Below are positions 40,281 to 53,930 of a stretch of 64,000 nucleotides of DNA, one piece after another (position 1 is the stretch's first letter; every line of letters starts with the position of its first letter). This DNA is from Cetorhinus maximus (Eukaryota). The notes under the pieces were generated by a model that saw only the letters and a program-made list of their open reading frames with translations, made no database searches and had not been told where the DNA came from. The stretch is taken from the NCBI RefSeq assembly GCF_964194155.1, contig NC_135883.1:19592001-19656000 (forward strand). The letters are read 5' to 3'. The position numbers and the translations under genes are program-made.

Positions 40281-42159
40281 GTGGTGAACCGTTGTTTTTC
40301 AGACGAAGGAGGTATACAGAGCTGTTCCCCATTGGTCGATTTTTGGGACCACCGCTCTTTTTAACACATGTCAATTACCTGAATTTGGCTGTACAGGCAT
40401 AATTTGAAAGTTTCAGGTGATACGAAAGTTGGAAATGTAAATAATGAGGGCAAACATGTTTTGGGATGACATTAGAAAGCCTGTGAAATGGGCAGACAGA
40501 TGGCAGATTAAATTCAAGACAGAGAAGTGTGAAATAATACATTTTCATAGGAAAAATTAGAGGCTATATGAGTGAAATGCAGGTACACTACCTCAGTAAC
40601 TGGGCCGCGCTGAATTTCAGATGCTGCTGGATTTGGGGCTGAGCGGTTTGGGCCGCGGGCAGGTTGGGTGGGGTCAAGGGTCACTTGGCGCGTGGGATAG
40701 GGTGGCACGTGAAGCAGTGAAGCCATTAACTAGCCTGGAGCCACGCCGTACCAGTGCAGCACCTAGCCGAATTGTCCAGGTAAGATTTTTTAAAATTTTA
40801 CAAATTAAAATGGATGCACGGAACGTTATAAAAATACCCAGTTTTTGGACACCACCCCCTTTCGGGGAGCTGGATTCTGTGGTACTCAACCTATAGTAGA
40901 ATTTAAAAGGCACAGTGGGAACAGGTCTGCAGCCACGTGTACACATCTTTGAAGGTGGTAGGATCACTTGTGAAGACTTTCTCTATGATAAAAAGCATAT
41001 GGGATCCTTGGCTGTATTAATTGGAGTATAAACCTCACAACATTTGAGAAGTATTTAGATGAGCACTTGAAATGCCATACCATACAGGGCTACGGGCCAA
41101 GTGCTGGAAAATGGGATTCGAATAGATAGGTGCTTGATGGCCGGCACGGACACGATGGGCCGAAAGGCCTATTCCCGTGCTGTATAACTCTGTGACACTA
41201 AAACCAAAGAAGTTATGCTAAACCTTTACAAGATGCTACACAATAGCTGGAGCATTATGTTCAATTCTGGGCACTACGTTATCTGAGGGATGTCAAGGTT
41301 TTCAAGGTGATGCAGAAGACAGTTACCAGAACGTACTGGCGTTGAGGGACTTCAGTTTTGTGAAGAGAACAGAGAAGCTGTTGTTGTAACAGGATAAGTT
41401 GCGAGGAGATTTAATACAGCTGTTCAAAATCATGAATGGTTTTGATAGAGTAAATAAGGAGAAACTTCTAGCGGCAGCAGAGTTGGTAACCAGAGCGCAC
41501 AGATTTAAGGTGTTTGGCAAAAGAGCCAGGGGGAACATGATGAAACAAGCAAATTGTTGTGATCTTGCATACACTGTCTGAAAGCCTGTTGGAAGCAGAT
41601 TCAGAAGAAACATTCAAGAAATAGTTGGATAAATACTTAAGGGAAAATATTTACAAGGTTATGGGAAAAGAGCAGGGGAAGTGGATTATTTTGGATCTCT
41701 CTACCAAGGAGAAAAAAACATAACCAGCATGATGGGCTGATTGGCTTTCTGCATCACTCTGTAATTCTAACAGCACAAAGCTTTGGTCCAGTGAGGTAAA
41801 GTTGTGCATATTGGCCTACTAAATTTTTTTTTTTAACCGGATGCTTGTAATTTAGTTTGGAATTTTTCAATAAATACACTCTGTGGCATAGTCCCTTTTA
41901 ACAGGCTTTACAGTAAATTGCAAATTAACAGTGAAACGAAATGTCAAGTTTTTTTTAAAAAAGAGCACCTAAGTAGGTTAAAAGAACAGATCATGCAATT
42001 ACCTTCTCAAGGACAATAAGGGATGGGCAACAAATGTTGGCCTAGCCAGCAGTGCCTGCCTCCTGTAAAAGAATTTTTTTTAAATCTGGGGGATAAGCAC
42101 CTGTCCAACCTTTTCATATAGGGGAGGACACATTTCAATTTTTCTCACACTTACATACG

Positions 42160-42610
42160 AATTAGGAGCTCGATGGGCCAAATGGCCTATTTCTGCTCCT
42201 ATCTCTTATGGTCTATTGAGTAGGCCACTGGGCCCCTCAAGCCTTCTCCGCCATTCAATGAAATCATGACTGACCTGATAGTAACATCAATCCCACATTC
42301 CTAATTACCCCTGATAACCTTTCACTCCCTTGTTAATCAAGAATTATCCAATTCTGCCTTAAAAATATTCAAAGACTCTGCTTCCATCGCCTTTTGTTTT
42401 GAAGAGAGTTCTAAAATCTCAAAACCCTCAGAGAAAAAATTTCTCCTCATCTCTGTCTTAAATGAACGGCCCCTTATTTTTTAAGCAGTGACCCCTAGTT
42501 CTAGATTCTCCCACAAGAGGAAACGACCTCTTCACATCCACCCTGTCAAGACCCCTCATGACCTTAAACATTTCAATTACGTCACCCCTTACTCTTCTAA
42601 ACTCCAGTGG
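42160..42610 (-). mobile_element. CR1 3' fragments
   Basis: [40 protein letters not shown]. Confidence 0.8.
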
Positions 42611-43016
42611 ATGGAGCCAATGTGCACATTTCAGAAAGAATAAGGTTTGGCACAAAGTTAAACATGAATTTCAAAAACAAAAGCTGATGTATGAAAAGAA
42701 ACTTGCTGAGCAATTAAAAAATCGCAAATAAATTGATTATTTATGAATCATTTTTTAAATTAAGACGACCATTCGAGTGTGAAAAGATGAGTGTGTGTGT
42801 GTCCAGCTCACTCCCAGTCTCAGGGTGCTCACCTACGCTCACCCTTACTCAGCTTTGTTTGAAATTCATGTTTAACTTTGTGCCAAACCTTATTCTTTCT
42901 GAAATGTGCACATTTGGCTCCATCCACTGGAGTTTAGAAGAGTGGTGAGTAATTAATGAAGAGGTCGTTTCTCTTGTGGGATAAGGGCATTTAAACAGAT
43001 AGAAATTTTTTCTCTG
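42429..43016. repeat. Fold-back inverted repeat (arms 42429-42687 and 42849-43016)
   Basis: Arm 2 is the reverse complement of arm 1 with serial deletions. Confidence 0.85.
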
Positions 43017-43025
43017 TCTCTCTCT

Positions 43026-43065
<40 letters not shown>

Positions 43066-46000
43066 AGACCCCTCTCTCTGACACACATACTCACCCCCCT
43101 CTCCCTTTCACACACACTCACTCACTCTCGCTCACATATACACACTCCCACTCTCTCTCACACAAACATACCTGCCTCTCTTTCTCAGGCAACACACTCT
43201 CTCACATACTCACACACTCTCTTCTCTCTCACACACACGCACACTCTCACTCTCACACAGACCCCTCTCTCAGGCACACACACTCATCCTCTCTCTCGCT
43301 CACAGACACACTCTTCCTATCTCTCTCTGTCCCACACACACACACTCTCTCCCTCACACAAAAACTCTTTCCCCACACACACACTCTCTCTCACACACGT
43401 GCTCTCACTCTCCCTTTCACACACACACTCACCATATCTCATACACACACACTCACACTTTCTCTCTCTTATACACACAACCTCTGTCTCTCTCAGACAC
43501 ACCCTCTCTCGCACACATCCTCTCTCTCTCTCATGCACAATGTTATGACACAGCAGTTGGTAAAGACTGAGTTGTTTAAAATCCCAGAGGGAAACTTTAA
43601 ACAACTGTCATAACCTATATTTTCAATTGGTATTTTTAAAATTTATTCACGGGATGTGAGCTTCACTGGCTGGACCAGCATTTATTACCCATCCCTAGTT
43701 GCCCTTGAGAAGGTGGTGGTGAGCTGCCTTCTTGAACTGCTGCAGTCCATGTGGTGTAGGTACACCCACAGAGCTGTTAGGAAGGGTGTTCTAGGATTTT
43801 GACCCAGCAACAGTGAAGGAACAGCGATATATTTCCAAGTCAGGATGGTGAGTTACTTGGAAGGGAACCTCCAGGTGGGGGTGTTCCCATCTACCTGCTG
43901 CCCTTGTCCTTCTGGGTGGTAGCGGTCGTGGGTTTGGAAGATGCTGTCGAAGGAGCCTTGGTGAATTCCTGCAGTGCATCTTGTAGATGGTACACACTGC
44001 TGCTACTGCGCGTTAGTGGTGGAGGGAGTAAATGTTTGTGGATGTGGTGCCAGTCAAGCAGGCTGCTTTGTCCTGGATGGTGTCAAGCTTCTTCAGTGTT
44101 GTGGGAGCTGCACTCATCCAGGCAAGTGGGAAGTATTCCATGACACTCCTGACTTGTGCCTTGTAGAAGGTGGAGAGGCTCTGGGGAGTCAGGAGGTGAG
44201 TTACTCACTGCAGGATTCCTAGCCTCTAACCTGCTCTTGTAGCCACAGTATTTATATGGCTGGTCCAGTTCAATTTCTGGTCAATTGTAACCCCCAGGAT
44301 GTTGATAGTGGGTGATTCAATGGTGGTAATGCCATTGAACATCAAGGTATGTTTGATATGTAACTCTGAATTCAGAAATGAAACCACCAAGCCTCCAGAG
44401 GTTTTTTATATAAATTAAATTAAACATTTATTAATTTTACAAGGTATTAAGCACATACATATCTACAAATTACTACCATAATAACTATTAAACTAATCCT
44501 CAAACTAATCACTCCCAGGTAAATCTTCCCCAAGGCAACAATAACCCATAGGCTTAAACAGACACCAGGCAAAGCACATTTTATCTTACAAATTCAAAAA
44601 TGAGGTCCCTTTCAAGTTGTTCCTTCTCATGCACAGTTGTAGGCTTACAGGCTTGGATCTTACATGCCTCTGCCTTCCACACACATAACTCTCCTGTATA
44701 TACCTAGCCTTCCCTTTGAATGTAAATTCTCATTGTATCACCAGGCCCTTTGAACTCTGCCTCTTCTAACAATAAACCCCTTTCATAGTAGGAATTTTAT
44801 TAGTGATATAAACATATTGCTTGGTGTCTCCCAGCTAGGTGCAAGAATTCACCCCCAGTCTTTGAATGGTTTATTCAACAAAATACAAATGTCCCCTTTA
44901 CCTTATTGTTTACATCTCAAAACTGCTAAACATCAAAGCACCCAGACTAGCTGGCTTTAATCCAATTAAAACACACACACTCACACCCACAGACACAGAC
45001 CCGACTACAAGTCCAATTTAAAATAATTTCCAATAACATTATATACATTAATACCTTCATGGCACTCACACACCCTCTCTCTCCCACACACTCATCCTAT
45101 CTCTCACACCCACTCACCCTCTCTCTCACACACTCACTCTCTCTCACTCACACATGCACACACCATCTGTCTCTATCACACACACTCACCTACTATCTCA
45201 CACACACGCCTCGCTCTCACACACACTTACCCACTCTCTCACACATACACTCTCTCTCTCACACACATACACCCCCTCTCCCTCTCTCTCACATGCACAT
45301 TCACCCTCTCACACACACACACAACCTCCCTTTCACACAGACACATCCTCTCTCTTGCTCACGCACACACTCACCCTTTCTCTCTCAGACAGTTACCTTT
45401 TCTCTCACACTCACCTCCCTCTCTCTCACCCACCCTCTATTTCTCTCACTCACCCATTCCCTCACACACACTTACCCTCACTCTCTCTCTCCCATGGACC
45501 AACACCCTCTCTCACACACACAACACACTCACCCTCTCTCTCCTTCCTCACATACACACACGCTCAACGTCTCTTTCCCTCTCTCACATCCGCCCTCTCT
45601 CTCACACTTACCCTCTTTCTTTCTCTCTCTCTCCCTCTCACACACACTCACACCCTCTCTCACTCACAGACACACACTCACACCCTCTCTCACATACATA
45701 CCTTCTCTCACACACACACTCTCTCTCTCATGCACACACTCTTTTTTGCGCACACTCACTCTCTCTCATGCACACTCACCCTCTCATGCATACTCACTCA
45801 CCCTCGCATGCACACTCACCCTCACATGCACACTCACCCTCTCATGCACACTCACCCTCTCAAGCACTAACCCTCTCTCTCATGCACGTTCACTCTCCCA
45901 CGCACACTTATCCTCTCCCGCTCTTTCTCACGCACACACAGTCTCCCCTTTCTCTCTCACACACAAACATACCATCTCTCTCTCATTCACACACACTCAC

Positions 46001-48367
46001 CCTCTCTCTCTCACACACACTCACCTTCTCTCTCACACACACTCACCCTCTCTCTCTCACACACACTCATCTTCTCTCTCACACACTCGCCCTCTCTCAC
46101 ACACACACTCACCCTCTCTTTCACACACACTCACCCTCTCTCTCTCACACACACTCACCTTCTCTCACACACACTCGCCCTCTCTCTCACACACACTCGC
46201 CCTCTCTTTCACACACACTCGCCCTCTCTCTCACACACACTCACCCTCTCTCTCTCACACACACTCGCCCTCTCCCTCTCACACACACTCCCCCTCACTC
46301 TCACACACACTCGCCCTCTCTCTCACACACACGCCCTCTCCCTCTCTCACACACTCGCCCTCTCTTTCACACACACTCGCCCTATCTCTCACACACACAC
46401 TCACCCCCTCTCTCATGCACACTCACCCTCTCACGCACACTCACTCTCTCCGTCTCATCTCTGCATGCACACAAACACTCACACTCTCTCACACACTTAC
46501 CCTCTCTCTCTTTCCTCACATTCACACACTCTCAATGTCTCTTTCCCTCTCTCACATCCACTCTCTCTCACACTTATCCTCTTTCTTTCTCTCTCTCTCC
46601 CTCTCACACACACTCACTATATCTCTCCCTCACAGACATACTCACACCCTCTCACACACACACTCATGGCGTCTATCACACACACACCCCCTCTCTCTCA
46701 TGCACACACTCTCTCACGCATACTCACTCACCCTCACATGCACACTCACCCTCTCACGCACACTCACCTTCTCATGCACTAACCCTCTCTCATGCACATT
46801 CACTCTCCCACACACGCTTATCCTCTCCCGCTCTCACACACACTGCCCTCTCTCTCACACACACACTCACCCTCTCTCACATACACACTCACCCTCTCTC
46901 TCATGCACACTCACCCTCTCACGCACACTCACTCTCTCCGTCTCATGTCTGCACGCACACAAACACTCACACTCTCTCACACACTCACCCTCTCTCTCTT
47001 TCCTCACATACACACACTCTCAATGTCTCTTTCCCTCTGTCACATCCGTTCACTCTCTCACACACACACTCACCCTCTCTCACACACACACTCACCCTCT
47101 CTCACACACACACTCACCCTCTCTCTCATGCACACTCACTCTCTCTCATGTCTGCACGCACACAAACACTCGCACTCTCTCACACACTCACCCTCCCTCT
47201 CTGATACACACTCACCCTCTCTCTCACACACATTTATCCTCTCACAACCTCTCTCTCACACACGCACACTCAGCATCTCCTCTCTCCCTCAAGCACACAC
47301 ACCCTCTCTCTTTCAGACACACTCCCTCTCTCTCTCACACACACTTATCCTCTCCTGCTCTCTCTCTCACGCACACACAATCAGCCTCCCCTGTCTCTCT
47401 CTCACACACTCGCCCTCTCTCCCACACACACTCACTCTCTCTCTCTCACACACACACTCGCTCTCTCTCTCATGCACACTCACCCCTTCTCTTTCTCGCC
47501 CACACTGACCCTCTCTCTCTCACACATACACTCACCCTCTCCCTCACGCACACTCACCCTTTCTCTCTCATGTCTACATGCACACAAACACTCGCACTCT
47601 TTCACACACTCACCCTTCCTCTCTCACACACACTCACCCTCTCTCTCCTGCACACACACACCCCTCTCTCTCTTTCCACACATAACACACTCTCACCGCC
47701 TCTCTCCCTCTCTCACATTCACCCTCTCTCTCTCTCACTAATCCTCTTTCTTTCTCTCTCTCACACACACTCTCTCACAAACTCATTCTCTCTCTCACAG
47801 AGACTCACACAGACCCTCTCTCACGCACACTCTCACCCTTTCTCTCATGTACACTCACATCCTCTCTCTCACGCACACATTCTTTTTCATTCACACTACC
47901 CCCCCTTCTCTTATGCACACTCACTTTCTCTCTCACGCACACTCACCCACTCTCTCAAGCACACTCACTCACCCTCTCACGCACACTCATTCATCCTCTC
48001 ATGCACTCACCCTCTCTCTCAAGCACTCACCCTCTCCCTCACAAACACTCACTATCTCTCTCACACACACTTATCCTCTCCCGCTCTCTCTCATACATAC
48101 ACAATCAGTCTCCCCTCTCTCTCTCATGCACACTCACATTCTCTCTCATGCACACTCACCCTCTTTCTCACACACACTCACCCTCTCTCTCCTGCACACA
48201 CACTGGCCCTCTCTCTCACACACACTCACCCTTTCTCTCTTACACACACACACACTCACCTTCTCTCCCACGCACACTTATCCTCTCGCACTCTGTCTCT
48301 CATGCACACACACGCAGCCTCTCCTCTCTCTTACACACACACACCCTCTTTCTCTCATTCAAATACA

Positions 48368-48399
<32 letters not shown>

Positions 48400-48905
48400 G
48401 ACTCAACCTCTCTCTCACACACACTCCCCCTCTCTCTCTCTGACACACGCACACACCCTCTCTCTCGCACACACACTTGCCCTCTCTCACACACTTGCCC
48501 TCTCTTACACACACTCACCCTCTCTCTCACATGCACTTATCATCTCACGACGTCTCTCTCATGCACACACACTCAGCATCTCTGCTCCCTCTCTTTCACA
48601 CACACTCGCCCTCCCTCTCTCACACACACACACACACCCTCTCTCTCACACACACTTATCCTCTTGTGTTCTCTCTCTTTCACGCACACACACCCAGTCT
48701 CTCCTCTCTCTCTCACACAAACACATGCCCTCTCTCTTTATGATTCAAACACACTCCCTCTCTCTTTTGCACACGCACACACACACACACACACACTCTC
48801 CCTCTCTCTCTCTCTAACACACATACACACCCTGTCTCTCTGACGCACGCACACACTCACCCTCTCTCTCTTACACACACTTGCCCTCTCTGTCACACAC
48901 TCGCC
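43017..48905. repeat. Compound (CA)n/(CT)n low-complexity array, interrupted at 43541-45064
   Basis: Almost G-free + strand; units such as cacacactcaccctctct. Confidence 0.95.
43541..45064 (-). mobile_element. Second copy of the solo-LTR-like element, interrupted by a family-B LINE (~43635-44347, minus strand)
   Basis: Shares cccagagggaaactttaaacaactgtcataacc and aaagcacccagactagctggc with 35466-36221. Confidence 0.8.
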
Positions 48906-49385
48906 TATCTCTCAGTAAAGATAGCCTTTCTAACACCTCCTCCTCCTCAATTGTAAATTCCTCGAGTGTACCAGTTACCTCTTCTCTCACCTCAGCCTTG
49001 GTAGCATCCCTTTCCTTTGTAAAGACAGAAGAAAAGTATTTGTTTAATACCCCTGCTACTTCTGCCTCCACATGCAAGTCTCCTTTTTTATCCCTAATTG
49101 GTTATACTCTTTCTTTTACTGCCCTTTTATTATTTATATGCTTATTGAAGACCTTGGGATTCCCTTTCATGTTCGCAGCTAATCGCTTTTCATGCTCCCT
49201 CCTTGCTTTTCTGATTAGTTTTTTCACTTCCCCTCTGGTCCTTTTATATTCAGTCTGATTCTCCATTGTATTTTCTACCTGACATCTGTCTTACGTGCAC
49301 TTCTTCCTTTTCATCTTCACCTCTATTTCTCTCATCATCCAGGGTGTTCTAGATTTATTTGTCCTACCTTTCTCCTTCTAGGGAA
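48905..49385 (-). mobile_element. CR1 fragment
   Basis: EAEVAGVLNKYFSSVFTKE. Confidence 0.8.
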
Positions 49386-50214
49386 CAAACCAAAGATGAC
49401 AAAACTGTTTGCATTATTAGTCTAGGATCAATGTACACAAAATATTTTTAAGCCATGATCTTTGCTCTACTGGATTTTCTCCCTACCTGTGCCTTATTTT
49501 AATCTTTTTCATTTTTATAAAACATTTGCATCGTTTGGTCTTTTGAACAAGAGAAACAGTTTCCCCCAACCCCACTGAAATAGCCCAGAACACCTAGAAC
49601 CAATGGCATTTTTTGGCGCTATCCAATATTCTCAAAGCTACCCAATGTGCTTAGGAGCCTGCATTAAAGGAAATTAATTACTTAAATATTATCTGAGTTT
49701 TTCCACTTAGTCCAAAAACATTTTTCTGCTATAGAGTACATGCTTGAGAACACCACCTGATCCCCTTCAGTTCTTAATCCATTTTAGTCTCAGGGTCTAT
49801 ATCTTCCATCCACCCATCCCCCAGGTCCCAGGCTGTAAACTCTCTCCTCTCCCCAATCTCAGGATCTAATCTCTATCCCCAGCCCACTGCCCAACCCCAG
49901 TCTCAGTGTCTAAATTCTCCCCTCTCCCTCCACTTCCAATCCCGACTCTCTCTCCCCAACACCCCTCCCTCCTGTCTCCAGGAGTTGGGAGCTGCCAAAT
50001 TCCTGACCTCTCTCCATCGTTGCAGGGCCTCTCTCCCCTGGCCCGATCTCCCCAACACTTACCTCACCCTAACAGTCCCCTCTGCTCCTGCTCTGGCTTC
50101 ACATCTGCAACAGGGCCGGACAGAAACCATCACTTCTGGTTTCCAGCTGGTCCTGTAAATGGAGTTCGCCCATTGGTGGCTGAGGGAAAACTGGGGTGGG
50201 GGAAGGAAAACGAG

Positions 50215-50645
50215 GGAAGGGGTGAGGGGAGCAGGTGAGGGGTGGGAAAAAGGGAGAGGGGGTGAGGGGTGGTAAAAGGGGGGGGTGAGAAAAGGGGGGA
50301 GGGGAGTGAGGGGTGGGAAAAGGAGGGGGGTGAGGGGTGGGAAAAGGGGGAGGGGGTGAGGGGTGGGAAAAAGGGGGAGGGGGTGAGGGGTGGGAAAAGG
50401 AGGGGGTGAGGGGTGGGAAAAGGAGGGGGTGAGGGGTGGGAAAAGGGGGAGGGGGTGAGGGGTGGGAAAACGAGGGGAGTGAGGGGTGGGAAAAGGGGGA
50501 GGAGGTGAGGGGTGAGAAAAGGGGAGGAGGTGAGGGATGGGAAAGGGGGGAGGGGTAAGGGGTGGTAAAAGGGGGGAGTGAGAAAAGGGGGGAGGGGAGT
50601 GAGGGGTGGGAATATGGGGAGGGAGTGTGGGGTGGGAAAAGGAGG
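50215..50645 (+). repeat. G-rich tandem repeat (GAGGGGTGGGAAAAGG(G)n units)
   Basis: Many G3-G7 runs in ~20-25 nt units. Confidence 0.9.
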
Positions 50646-50849
50646 CAAGTAAGAGGTGGGAAAATAGGGAGGGGTGTGCGAGGGGGTGATGGGGGTGCTG
50701 CCAAGGGGATGGGAGAGAGAGAGGGGGAGGTTGTGATCAGGGAGGGAGGAAGAGAACTGCTACAATCTGTGGGGTAGGAAATGGGTGTTTTTTCTGGTTT
50801 GGAGTTTTACACTTATCAAGATAAATCCAAAAGACTGAAAGACCTTCCT

Positions 50850-53435
50850 GCCGGGATTTTCCAGCTGTGCCATGGTAGTGGGTGGGCACGGTGTGGTGCG
50901 GAGGGGGTAAAGAGAAACATAAAAGTAGATGTCAGTTACTTTACTAGTAATGTTAAATGATAGTGAAACGATGGCTTTCGAGTGCAACTGATGTCAAATG
51001 AGTACAAATGAACACCGTTGACTGAAAATGATGTCAAACTTTTCAGCGAGGGTGGTACCATCCTCTCCATCCCTCCCTTTGACATAAACGTTACAGCCCA
51101 GTCGAAACGCTCCAGGTGAGTCCCAGGCCTTTTCTCTGACTATTTCATAAAGCAGCACAATGTTGCCATTTGACATGACGTCACATTTTAATAGTGATTT
51201 GTCACGTATACACACCCCGTTACACAAGTGACAATGAGAAACGGTTCACTTGTGAAACCCCTCCTGTGACCATCGTGATTTAAATTTCCATTTACGTGTG
51301 CTACGTCTTGGTGCTTCCGCTCGCCGACAGCTGCCTTGGAGGCAGGCTGCTGACTCTGATGCCCCGGCAGCCTTGATGACTTTGGTGACCGTCCTCTGGT
51401 CACTGGGGCCTGTGTGGGCCCCGACTGGGCGGGAGAGTCCAGCACTGTGGCTGTGCATTCCTCAGTTGTCGCAGTCTCCCCAGATGTGACGATCACTGGC
51501 AAAGGGCCAGAGGAGCTGCTGCCATCATCAGGAGAGCCCTGAGAGGAGCCTCCAGATGTGAGCTTCAGGTCGTCCGCCAACATGAGGCCTGTTTGAACCC
51601 CCCTGCTCACCCTCGATGGACAGGATCCCAGCACAGTCACTAGGTGCCTCATCCATGTCTCACGATGACAGTGACATGCTTCCGCTCCATGAGAGTCGCC
51701 ACTCTCTCTCTCTATGGAGGATGCTGTGCATTCAGAGCTGTGGATTAATACAATGCTCACGCTCCACATGGACTCCTCCAATACAGAGACGTGGCACACA
51801 AACCCTTAGGGATCTCTGTCAAATCTTCACGTGCATCCCACTGGACATCCAGCATTTGTTGCTTAATAGACAACTCCAGAGGCTCATCATCTGCCTCAGG
51901 CTCAGTATCATCCTGGCCTCCAGCAGACCTCTGACTGGACTCTCTGCTTCCGCCAGTTCCTCAAGCAAGTGTGACGTGCCTTCCCCAGTGTGCACTACCA
52001 TCTGCTCCGGAACAATCATGCCCGCTGACGTGCCTGTATCTCTGCTGGCGCATGGTGCAGAGAGAGAATGTGACGTGAGTGCATCTGGTTACAGATCATC
52101 CTCTGATGTCAATGGAGGGTCTTCCAGGTCTTTTTGTGGTCTGGAGGATGTTCCATCTGAGGGCGGGGACACAGATGCAAGTCTTGAACAGCATTAAGAA
52201 CTCAGAGTGCATGCATCCTGGTAGATTCTCAGAATGGACATCTGGCTGAGCAAAGACTTCTGAATGGATGAGCAACAAGAATCAGTGGATTTCACATGTC
52301 AGTCTTACAAAATGCTGACATACATCTCTCATCCCCTCCCCCTAGTCTCTTCCTTGTCCACTGGACTCTTACCCTCTTCTGAAACCCCTGCCTCTCTGTG
52401 ACCAGTGGACCTTGCTCCACGTTCACAAGCCATCTCCAGGATCTGTTCATCCACCTGACTTAGCGGCAACAGATTAGGGATATCACCACCCGTCTGTCCT
52501 CGATCCTGTGCGTTGTGACTCCTTTTCTCCTGTAAGTACAATAGCGCTTTCATTAGAGCCCCCCCCCCACTCTACATTCCATTGTCCTCCCCAGAATCGC
52601 AGGTTTAGGTGCCCTTCACATTGCGGTACTTCACCCTGCTATACATGCCAGCCATCCTGTATACTCTTATGCAGTCTTTAAGGGCACAGGAAAATGTGCC
52701 AGTTTAAGCCCAGGGCTTCACATCTGGGACCCCTAGCAAGTGCAGTTGCACACAGACACATCTCTCTCCATGGTTGCATGAAGGTTCAATACTCACCCTG
52801 GCAGAGTACAGAAGGTCAGTGAACCACTTCCTGCACATCCAGGTCCCTCTGACTACATCATGGCCGCTGACCAGAGTTGACACCACCATCCATGCCTTCG
52901 TCGTTGTATGGAGGCCTCCTTTTTCCATCTCGAGGTGGCAATATCTCCCGACGTGCACTCACAGCCTTCATAGGTCCTGCAAACAGTCATCTGGAAAGCA
53001 GGGGACTGAGTGGTTCCAGCCATTTCCACTACGCCTGGCATGGGTTCTGCTTCCCAAAGTCATTGCTTGTGTCCCAGCTACGCTTACCTGCACAGAACAG
53101 CAGCGCAGTTGCCTGTCCCTTTAAAGATTACAGCACCGCTCTGAAACACTCATGACTCTATACAGTCCCTCCATGCATTGCAGCCTTCAGGGAGCTGCTG
53201 TTAAGCCCCCCTGCCCACAGTTACGTTTATTCTGGCACCCACTCTCCTCCTACACCCACCCCACCCCCACCCCGGCAGCGCTGAGCCTGTCTCAGCGCGA
53301 GTTTCACGCTGGCCAGCAGTTAACTGGCCCGCCAGTGCATAATCGCTGTGGAGAGCTAATCGCGGACAGGAGCGGATTTCACATCCTCTTCCGGTCCTGC
53401 CGATCATGCTCACCGGATGACCCTAAAATTCAGGC
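50850..53435 (-). mobile_element. Non-autonomous Harbinger element with a decayed spliced Myb/SANT gene
   Basis: TIR-like ends gccgggatttt / aaaattcaggc; AWMVVSTLVS..CRKWFTDL then gtgagt donor; exon EKRSHNAQDRGQTGGDIP. Confidence 0.72.
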
Positions 53436-53773
53436 TAACTTTTTTTTTCATTATGGAAGGTACAGGTAATTTCATGCGTTGGCAAATGAGATGGAATATC
53501 AAGCAGTTCGGTTGCTTTCAATTAATTATTTTGCTGTCTTGTAGAATTTAAAAACAGGTCTGAGTAATTGGTCTAACAATCCAAATCTCTGGAAAAACAT
53601 CTCTGAAAGATGGCAAAACTCAGCAGGGGTGTGGGAACCAGGAGAGAATATTAAAAAGTAATACCAGGGCACACGGGAGAGGCACATAGCATTAAAATAG
53701 AGAATAGTGAGTTAATAGATGGAGTCGGAGTAGGGAGCAAGTAATGACGTCTAAATCAGGGTTACCCTGCATG

Positions 53774-53930
53774 TAAAAGCAAAAAACTGCGGATGCTGGA
53801 AATCCAAAACAAAAATAAAAATACCTGGAAAAACTCAGCAGGTCTGGCAGCATCTGTGGAGGAACTGTGTCCCTCTCCGCAAATGCTGCCAGACCTGCTG
53901 AGTTTTTCCAGGTATTTTTATTTTTGTTTT
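53774..53930. mobile_element. Penelope pLTR inverted (hairpin) insertion
   Basis: Arms match the 14790-14880 pLTR; flanked by a duplicated tgcatgta. Confidence 0.8.

Larger units (their letters stand above)
34900..41765 (+). mobile_element. Host CR1 LINE (34900-35257 and 40281-41765) split by the Gypsy element
   Basis: IVNIAPLLKK..SLISLVRKL, QHRFVNGTSCLTNL; resumes as gtggtgaaccgttgtttttcagac. Confidence 0.8.

Noticed and set aside
40581-40896. GC-rich insert in the CR1, possibly a mariner-type MITE
   Set aside because: Only one convincing TIR; classification not supported.
45059-48817. 1252-aa His/Thr/Leu/Ser ORF and overlapping ORFs
   Set aside because: Translation of a (CA/CT)n array; stop codons are rare because of base composition, and several frames are open at once.
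50099-50704. Proline-rich ORFs of 201 and 172 aa
   Set aside because: Antisense translation of the G-rich tandem repeat.
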